A DNA stretch of 64,000 bases. Source: Chloroflexota bacterium (GTDB lineage: Bacteria > Chloroflexota > UBA5177). Positions 57,692 through 64,000 of this stretch are shown one piece after another. Position 1 is the stretch's first letter; each line of letters opens with the position of its first letter. The notes under the pieces were generated by a model. The model ran no database searches and was not told the origin of the DNA. It saw only the letters and a list, made by a program, of their open reading frames with translations. Location: the NCBI GenBank assembly GCA_036752825.1, contig DAIORV010000005.1:6641-70640 (forward strand), read 5' to 3'. The position numbers and the translations under genes were made by a program.

Positions 57692-58283
57692 TGAATACGT
57701 CCTCCAGCGGGTCGGAGAGTTCGTTACTACCTGGATTCACTCCCACAGGAGTGGAGGCGATCTTTTCAGCCACATTCATGCCCGACGTCACCTTTCCGAT
57801 GATTGTGAAGTTCGGCGCCAGAAGCGTGCCGGCGTGCCCCACTATGACGAAGAACTGAGATCCGTTCGAATTCGGTTGACTGGTGCGGGCCATAGTGACG
57901 TCACCGACCGCGTACGGCCGGGCCGGCTTCTCGACTCTGAAGGTATATCCGGGGCCACCGAAACCCGTCCCGGTTGGATCGCCGGACTGGATGTATCGTC
58001 CCTTGATGATGCGATGAAATATGTTCCGGTCGTAGAAGTGGTGCCGCGCGAGAAAGATGAAGTTGTTCACGGCGAGCGGAGCCAGTCGCGGTGCCAGTTG
58101 GATGACCATTGTTCCGTCGCTCGTTCTCACTGTCGCCGTGTACAAACCCCTCGTGTTGATCGACATCCGCGGAGGCGCCGAATAGAGATGCGGTGAGTGA
58201 GTCGGCGTCGGCCCCGGGGACTGCGCTGCGGAGCCGCACCCAGCAACCAGCAGGATGACCGGCGTCAAAACAAGTAGTCGCAA
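57669..58283 (-). CDS. Cyclophilin-type peptidyl-prolyl cis-trans isomerase, lipoprotein
   Basis: Lipobox LLVAGC, and the cyclophilin motif [25 protein letters not shown]. Confidence 0.9.
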   Translation of the reverse strand: MRLLVLTPVILLVAGCGSAAQSPGPTPTHSPHLYSAPPRMSINTRGLYTATVRTSDGTMVIQLAPRLAPLAVNNFIFLARHHFYDRNIFHRIIKGRYIQSGDPTGTGFGGPGYTFRVEKPARPYAVGDVTMARTSQPNSNGSQFFVIVGHAGTLLAPNFTIIGKVTSGMNVAEKIASTPVGVNPGSNELSDPLEDVFINSISIH

Positions 58284-58410
58284 GCTTCCTAATCACTCCA
58301 CAAAGTCGCTCTGCGGACGGCCCGAACGCCGTCACAACGATGTGCTGTACGGCTTTGGAGTTTATCAGGAGTGTCCCGGCAGCCGTGCTTAAGATGAAGA
58401 GCGAGATCGA

Positions 58411-59187
58411 GTGGGCGAGAAGGCAGGGCGCGTGCGCGACATATCCAAAATCGTTGAAGACGTTGAAGAACAGCTCCCTGCATTCGCGCGAGACGTCATT
58501 CGGACGCATCTGGATACGGCTGAGACCTACAACCGCACCTTCCTCGATCATCCGGACCAACGTGATCAGCACCAGATGCAGTGGCACCAATGGGGGATAC
58601 TCACCCACACCAGAGTATTCCTGCACCTCTACGAGTCAATAGTCCCCGATCGATTGAAGGGCTGGGATTTGTGGGAGCAGACCCGTGCTTGGCTGGCTCA
58701 AACCATAGATGACGTCGAACGCTGGGACCTTCTCAAGATCGCGATCCTGCTGCACGACATCGGTAAATTCGGCTCGCGAACTGTCGGGAGCGGAGGCTTC
58801 CACTTTGCCGGGCACGAGAAGCTGTCCGGGGAGATAATCCGCAACGAGTTGCATCTGGAAAGATTCGGCCTGTCTCCGGACCAGGTGGCATATGTGGCGC
58901 TCGCAGCACAGGATCATTTCGTTCTGGCATTGGCACGAAAGAAGGCTCGCCAGCTCGGCAGCTTCACGCTGGATTTTCCCCGATCGAAAGAATTTCGAGA
59001 GTTCGCGCTCAACACGCAAGCCTCGCATCCCGAAGACTACGTTGAGATCGGGGTATTGTTCCTCGGAGACTCCATGGCCAAGGCGGATCCACATGAAGGG
59101 CCGGAGAAGGCAGTGGCTCAGAATCCGATCAATGAGGCTGTAGCTCGTGCCCATCTCGAGATAGTGCTGAAGGACAGCCCCGTATAA
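58411..59187 (+). CDS. HD-domain phosphohydrolase of unknown specificity
   Basis: ILLHDIGK is the HD motif, and an upstream H is present. Confidence 0.7.
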   Translation: MGEKAGRVRDISKIVEDVEEQLPAFARDVIRTHLDTAETYNRTFLDHPDQRDQHQMQWHQWGILTHTRVFLHLYESIVPDRLKGWDLWEQTRAWLAQTIDDVERWDLLKIAILLHDIGKFGSRTVGSGGFHFAGHEKLSGEIIRNELHLERFGLSPDQVAYVALAAQDHFVLALARKKARQLGSFTLDFPRSKEFREFALNTQASHPEDYVEIGVLFLGDSMAKADPHEGPEKAVAQNPINEAVARAHLEIVLKDSPV

Positions 59188-59243
59188 TCATGCGTGTCAA
59201 CCCTACGAATCAGGGAACGTCAATTCTTTAGCTCGAAGAGCGC

Positions 59244-61361
59244 ATGCTAAGCGGCACCGTAACACTCAAAGAGGACGATCTCCAGTTCATTAGTAACGCG
59301 GCCGGGGATGTTCCTACCGAAAATCCCGGCGGCCTCGGAATGTACTTTCGGGACACGCGCTTCCTGAATCGATTCGAGCTGACAGTGAACGGCCTCAAAC
59401 CGGTCGCTCTCTCTCATTCAACCGACAAGCAGTACATCGCTACCTTCCAATCGGTCAATCCGCCGCTAACGACCTCAGAGGGCCGCCGAGTAAAGCAGCA
59501 GACGGTCAGCATCAGACGGAGCCGGTTTGTGACCGGTGAGGGCCTTTTCGAAAGACTTGGATTTCTTAATTGCAATCAGTTTCCTGTGGATCTCGAGGTG
59601 CGCCTGGCCGTCGACGCGGATTTTCGAGACATCTTTGCCGTTAGAGGCTTCAAGACGCAGAGGGTAGCGGGCCGCATCACGGTTTCCTTCGGCGAGGGAC
59701 GGATAGACTTTTCGTACCGTGGCCGCGATGGCGTGGAGCGCCGCACGCACGTGGGCTTCAATCGGGAAGCGGAAGCGACTTCGAGCCAGGAAGTGCGCTT
59801 CGAGCTGCACCTCGAGCCCAACCGCCCGGACTCAATAGTCATCCACGTCCAACCCTGGATGACCGACGAGAAAGTAGAACACGAACCGAATTTCGAGCAT
59901 GGACTCGAAGCCCTGGCCCGCTCGTACAAAGAGTGGGACGATACGTCGACCCGCATCACGACCAACAACGAGCTGTTTGACCGCCATTTGCTACGCGCCA
60001 GTCGCTACGACACGCGAAAGCTGATTGAGAGGACGCCTCAGGGTCTCGTACCCGATGCCGGTATCCCTTGGTACGCGGTGCCGTTCGGCCGTGATGCAAT
60101 CATCACCTCGCTTCAAACGCTGATGTACAACCCGTCGATTGCGGAGGGCACGCTCCGATTCCTGGCGGCTCACCAAGGGACCGAAGTGGACGCCTACCGG
60201 GAGGAAGAGCCCGGCAAAATATTCCACGAAATCCGCCGGGGTGAGCTGGCCAGCTTGAAGGAGGTGCCGCACACCCCGTATTACGGAACGGTCGACGCCA
60301 CGCCGCTATTCTTGGTGCTCCTCGAGGAGACCATGAATTGGCTCGGGTCGACCGAACTCTTCAACGACCTGTACCCGTCCGCCATCTCGGCACTCGAGTG
60401 GATCGACCGGTATGGCGATCTGGACGGGGACGGCTACGTTGAATATATTTCGCACCGACCCGGCGGCGTGGCAAACCAGGGTTGGAAAGATTCCGTCGAC
60501 TCGGTACAGTTTCCCGACGGCGCAATTGCAGAAGCCCCTATCGCACTTGTGGAAGTCCAGGGCTACGTGTACCAGGCGAAGCTCGGAATGGCCCGGCTGC
60601 TCAAGAGGCAAGGAGTCGGGACCGAGCTCGCCGAGAAGCTAGAACTCGAGGCCGCCCAGCTTCGACACCGCTTCAACCGCGATTTCTGGATGGAAGACGA
60701 AGGGTATTACGCGTTGGCGCTTGATCGAGAGAAGCGCCAGGTGCCATCCGTCACGTCGAACGCCGCCCACTGCTTGTGGTCAGGCATCTGCGAGCCCGAC
60801 AAGGCGCGGATAGTCGCCGACCGACTCGTAAACCGAGACATGTTTTCTGGCTGGGGTGTACGCACCCTGTCGGCTGACTCGCCAAATTACAACCCCATGA
60901 GCTACCACAACGGCTCGGTCTGGCCGCACGACACCATTCTCATTGCTCTTGGCCTTCGACGAAGCGGATTCGCCGAGCAGGCGATTAAGATCGCCACGGG
61001 GATAACTGAAGCCGGCTTCCGGTTCTCTGATGCGCGGTTACCCGAGCTGTTCTGTGGGTTCGAGCGCGACAAGCGGTTCAACTCTAGTCCGGCGGCCTAC
61101 ATTGTCTCGTGCAGCCCCCAGGCCTGGGCAGCCGGTTGCGTGTTCATGCTTCTGCAAACAATTCTCGGCCTGGAGCCCGATTTCGACAACGGCACGGTCA
61201 ACGCGGCTCCGTTACTCCCTGAGACCTTTCGCCGTATCAGACTGGAACACTTGCGAGTCGGAGAACAGCGCCTCGATGTCGAATTTGATGCTCAAGGCTA
61301 TCGAGCAGCCGTTACTTCGTTGGAGGAGAATCGCGCCGGCGCTGCCGCCGGACAGCGATGA
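59244..61361 (+). CDS. Glycogen-debranching-enzyme-like glycosidase (GDE N-terminal domain plus amylo-alpha-1,6-glucosidase / six-hairpin GH63-like catalytic domain)
   Basis: The N-terminal GDE_N_bis-like region (GGLGMYFRDTRFL) and C-terminal (alpha/alpha)6 motifs (GIPWYAVPFGRDAIIT, GYHNGSVWPHDT). Confidence 0.8.
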   Translation: MLSGTVTLKEDDLQFISNAAGDVPTENPGGLGMYFRDTRFLNRFELTVNGLKPVALSHSTDKQYIATFQSVNPPLTTSEGRRVKQQTVSIRRSRFVTGEGLFERLGFLNCNQFPVDLEVRLAVDADFRDIFAVRGFKTQRVAGRITVSFGEGRIDFSYRGRDGVERRTHVGFNREAEATSSQEVRFELHLEPNRPDSIVIHVQPWMTDEKVEHEPNFEHGLEALARSYKEWDDTSTRITTNNELFDRHLLRASRYDTRKLIERTPQGLVPDAGIPWYAVPFGRDAIITSLQTLMYNPSIAEGTLRFLAAHQGTEVDAYREEEPGKIFHEIRRGELASLKEVPHTPYYGTVDATPLFLVLLEETMNWLGSTELFNDLYPSAISALEWIDRYGDLDGDGYVEYISHRPGGVANQGWKDSVDSVQFPDGAIAEAPIALVEVQGYVYQAKLGMARLLKRQGVGTELAEKLELEAAQLRHRFNRDFWMEDEGYYALALDREKRQVPSVTSNAAHCLWSGICEPDKARIVADRLVNRDMFSGWGVRTLSADSPNYNPMSYHNGSVWPHDTILIALGLRRSGFAEQAIKIATGITEAGFRFSDARLPELFCGFERDKRFNSSPAAYIVSCSPQAWAAGCVFMLLQTILGLEPDFDNGTVNAAPLLPETFRRIRLEHLRVGEQRLDVEFDAQGYRAAVTSLEENRAGAAAGQR

Positions 61362-62593
61362 GCCGGCGCATCCTGGTGGTGCATTACACACCTCCGGGAG
61401 TAGTCGGAGGCGTAGAGAGCGTCATCCTCGAACATGCGCGCCTGCTCACTGAACGAGGCTTCGAGGTCCAGATCGTGGCTGGCCAAGAGGGCTCCGGTGG
61501 GATGCGCGTGCACGTGGTCCCCGAGCTCAACGTTGCCGCACCGGAAGCTGTCGCCCTGGAAAACGAGCTCGCGCAGGGACTGGTCGGCCCACGGTTCTGG
61601 CACATGCGGGGCCGCATACTGGAGCGGCTTGTTCCCCTCGCTTCAGGCGCGCATCGCGTTATCGTGCACAACGCTCTGACTCTTCACTTCAGTCTCCCTC
61701 TCACCTCGGTTGCGTGGCATCTTGCGGCCACCGTCGCTCGACGTCGTGTCATCGCGTGGTGCCACGATCTCTCGTGGACCAATCCTCTCTATGTGTCGAC
61801 CATGCACCCCGGGCACCCCTGGGACCTCCTGAGATATCCCGCTCCTGGCGTCCAATACGTGACCGTGAGCTCCGAACGCCGCGGCGAGCTACTGGCGCTC
61901 TGGGGAGATCAAGTCGAGGATGTCATAGTCGTTCCCAATGGGATCGACCCCATGGCCTTTCTTCGGCTATCTCCGACTGCTCGTGACATCGCGAGCCGTC
62001 ACCAACTGGCCGACCGAGACATGGTGCTTCTTCTGCCCGTCAGGATAACCCGTAGGAAAAACGTCGAGCTCGCGATTCGTGCAGTGAAGGCACTCGCCAA
62101 CCGCGGAGTCGATGTCCTTTTCCTCGTCTCCGGACCCACTGCGCCACACCACCCGGTCCGATCGATGTCCTATCTCGACGAGCTGAAGCAGTTGTGCGCT
62201 TCTCTCGAGGTGGAGGAGAGGGTGATCTTTTTGGCCGACACGCGAGACGCGAACCTAACCACCCAGACCGTCTCCGAGCTTTACGCGCTGTCCGACGCCC
62301 TGCTCCTCCCAAGTACTCAGGAAGGATTCGGGTTACCGATCCTCGAAGCCGGCTTGGCACGCGTGCCGGTCATTCTCACCGACATCCCCGTGTTCCGTGA
62401 GGTCGGAGGGGAACATGTTCATCGTTTCGACCTCCAGGACGACCCTGATACAATTGCCGCGAAGATTTTGGGCGTGCTGGAAGGGGCACAGTCACGCCTC
62501 TATCGCCGCGTGCTTCGGGAGTACTCATGGGACAGCATCATTGAGGGCCGCCTTCTGCCGCTCCTCGAAGGCCCAAGCGTGGGGAAGGCATAA
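61358..62593 (+). CDS. GT4 family glycosyltransferase
   Basis: GT-B fold with STQEGFGLPILEAGLARVPVI (EX7E-like). The ATG overlaps the upstream stop (ATGA). Confidence 0.8.
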   Translation: MSRRILVVHYTPPGVVGGVESVILEHARLLTERGFEVQIVAGQEGSGGMRVHVVPELNVAAPEAVALENELAQGLVGPRFWHMRGRILERLVPLASGAHRVIVHNALTLHFSLPLTSVAWHLAATVARRRVIAWCHDLSWTNPLYVSTMHPGHPWDLLRYPAPGVQYVTVSSERRGELLALWGDQVEDVIVVPNGIDPMAFLRLSPTARDIASRHQLADRDMVLLLPVRITRRKNVELAIRAVKALANRGVDVLFLVSGPTAPHHPVRSMSYLDELKQLCASLEVEERVIFLADTRDANLTTQTVSELYALSDALLLPSTQEGFGLPILEAGLARVPVILTDIPVFREVGGEHVHRFDLQDDPDTIAAKILGVLEGAQSRLYRRVLREYSWDSIIEGRLLPLLEGPSVGKA

Positions 62594-62601
62594 GGCCGAC
62601 G

Positions 62602-64000
62602 TTGGACAAGCAAGCCTCCTCGGGTGACGGCCGACTGAATGTACTCGTACCCGCGGCAAAGCTCTCTACCTCACGCAGCTTGTTGGACGTCGCGACCGCG
62701 CTCCTCGACTCGTACGGAGGCCACGGAACTGTTCTCAGCGTCGTGGAGGTGCCCAGTGAACGTTCACTGAGCGAGGCGGCACTACTCGCTCGCCGCCGTC
62801 GTGAGCTGCTTCGCCGCGTTGCATCCATGCATCCTGGTCGCGAATACAGGGCCGAGGTGCGCACCTCCCATTCTCTGGAGAGCGGGATACGCGAGGCCGC
62901 TGAAGACTCGTCTGCAGACCTCCTTCTGCTCGGTTGGAAGCCGGGAAAGCATCGGACCGAGGATGATATGCTCGAGTCCCTGGTCGACGACCCTCCATGT
63001 GACATCGCCGTCGTGAAGGAAGGCTCCTCCCGCCGCGTGTCTCGGGTGCTGATCCCAGCCCGAGGCGGGCCGCACGCTCGCCTCGCTCTTAAACTGGCCG
63101 AAGCAATGGCTGAGCGCCACGAGGCAGTCTTGACGCTCATGCACATCAGCGCGTCTCACTGGGGCCCTCGCCGAAGAGAGATTGAAGAGCGCTATTTCCA
63201 GATCATTCGGCAGGGCGTTCAATATTCCCGGATCCAGCTCCTTCAGATCGAGGCGGATTCAGTCGAGACCGCTCTCCTTTCTTATGGCGCCGACCAGGAT
63301 GTCATCGTCATGGGATCGTCTGGTCGGGACGAGACCTCGCCGTACCTCTTCGGCCGCATCCCCACGGCCGTTGCCGAGGGACTCAATGCGCAGGTAATCG
63401 TTGTGAAAACCCGCGAACCGGTGACCATGAGTACTTTTGGTCGAAAGGGCCTAGCCGAGGTTGCCGCCGGGAATATATCCGAGCTGGTGGATCGCTGGTT
63501 CGCCGAAAACACCTTCCACAGCCGCGAATTTCGCTCGCTTCGCTACCTCATTGATCTCAAAGAGCGCCAGGGGCTCACGATCAGTCTCGTGCTGCCGACG
63601 CTCAACGAGGAAAAAACTGTAGGCAACATCATTTCGACTATCAAGTCGGCGCTAGTGGATAGGTATCCGCTCCTCGATGAGTTCATTGTTATCGATAGCA
63701 ATTCCGAGGATCGGACTGCCGAAATAGCCACATCTCTGGGCGTGCCGGTTCACAGGCACCCGGAGATCTTGCCGGAATATGGCTCCCACGTGGGCAAAGG
63801 AGAAGGGCTGTGGAAGAGCCTCTACGTCACGAAGGGAGACATCGTGGTGTGGATCGACTCCGACATCACCGGCATTCACCCGAAGTTCGTGTATGGGTTG
63901 ATAGGACCCTTGCTCACGCAGCCGCACCTCGGCTTTGTCAAGGGGTTTTACCGTCGCCCCTTGAATTTGGGAGGCAAGCTCGCCACCACCGGTGGCGGCC
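62602..64000 (+). CDS. gpgS: Tandem universal stress protein (UspA) domains fused to glucosyl-3-phosphoglycerate synthase (GT81, GpgS); 3'-truncated by the window edge and not in the supplied ORF track
   Basis: Manual translation from the TTG at 62602 gives ...RLNVLVPAAK...LLLLGWKPGK (USP 1), VLIPARGG...VIVMGSSGRDETSPYLFGRIPTAVAEGLNAQVIVVK (USP 2), then ISLVLPTLNEEKTVGNII...FIVIDSNSEDRT...GKGEGLWKSLYVTKGDIVVWIDSDI...GFYRRPL. These closely match the mycobacterial GpgS motifs. The open frame runs to the window end. Confidence 0.75.
   Translation, partial: MDKQASSGDGRLNVLVPAAKLSTSRSLLDVATALLDSYGGHGTVLSVVEVPSERSLSEAALLARRRRELLRRVASMHPGREYRAEVRTSHSLESGIREAAEDSSADLLLLGWKPGKHRTEDDMLESLVDDPPCDIAVVKEGSSRRVSRVLIPARGGPHARLALKLAEAMAERHEAVLTLMHISASHWGPRRREIEERYFQIIRQGVQYSRIQLLQIEADSVETALLSYGADQDVIVMGSSGRDETSPYLFGRIPTAVAEGLNAQVIVVKTREPVTMSTFGRKGLAEVAAGNISELVDRWFAENTFHSREFRSLRYLIDLKERQGLTISLVLPTLNEEKTVGNIISTIKSALVDRYPLLDEFIVIDSNSEDRTAEIATSLGVPVHRHPEILPEYGSHVGKGEGLWKSLYVTKGDIVVWIDSDITGIHPKFVYGLIGPLLTQPHLGFVKGFYRRPLNLGGKLATTGGG

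Noticed and set aside
1-64000. CRISPR arrays, transposases, integrases, phage genes and toxin-antitoxin pairs
   Set aside because: No short regularly spaced repeats were seen, and no ORF has recombinase, transposase or phage-structural signatures. The tRNA-Asn is not flanked by an integrase.

Overview
This is a high-GC (~62%) bacterial chromosomal segment packed with core housekeeping genes on both strands; I found no transposase, integrase or CRISPR array. There is no obvious defence island, but there are several candidate novelties (see the candidates list below).

Recognised genes:
- Competence and replication: comEC, an RlmD/RumA-type methyltransferase, maf, dnaA, dnaB with a DnaD-like protein, and comFC.
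- Cell wall and repair: a GT2 glycosyltransferase, murI, tlyA, nadK, recN, rqcH, mltG, ruvX, xseA-xseB.
- Translation and transcription: gmk, rho, rplI, alaS, efp, rpoD, an archaeal-type proS, and tRNA-Asn.
- Secretion: secD-secF and tatA.
- Pentose-phosphate block: rpiA, an FGGY kinase, tkt, gnd, zwf, opcA, pgl, rpe.
- Other: a class II fructose bisphosphatase, a decaprenyl-phosphate phosphoribosyltransferase homologue with an adjacent PHP phosphoesterase, and a 3' locus of HD hydrolase, debranching-enzyme-like glycosidase, GT4 and GpgS.

The gene content suggests a Chloroflexi- or Actinobacteria-like lineage: archaeal-type ProRS, OpcA, DPPR synthase homologue, GpgS and a DnaD-like protein.

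The most interesting candidates are:
- a DnaA whose open frame carries a ~120-aa four-CxxC zinc-ribbon-like N-terminal extension;
- a GpgS fused to two N-terminal universal-stress-protein domains at the window edge, which the ORF track does not list;
- a BCCP-like protein after efp that has lost the biotinylatable lysine;
- a DnaD-domain protein coupled to the replicative helicase;
- a DPPR-synthase homologue paired with a PHP phosphoesterase;
- an apparent +1 frameshift in gmk at a G-run;
- paired 46-bp direct repeats in a 330-bp gap upstream of an orphan Cys-containing secreted protein;
- a strongly structured 370-bp intergenic region near tRNA-Asn.
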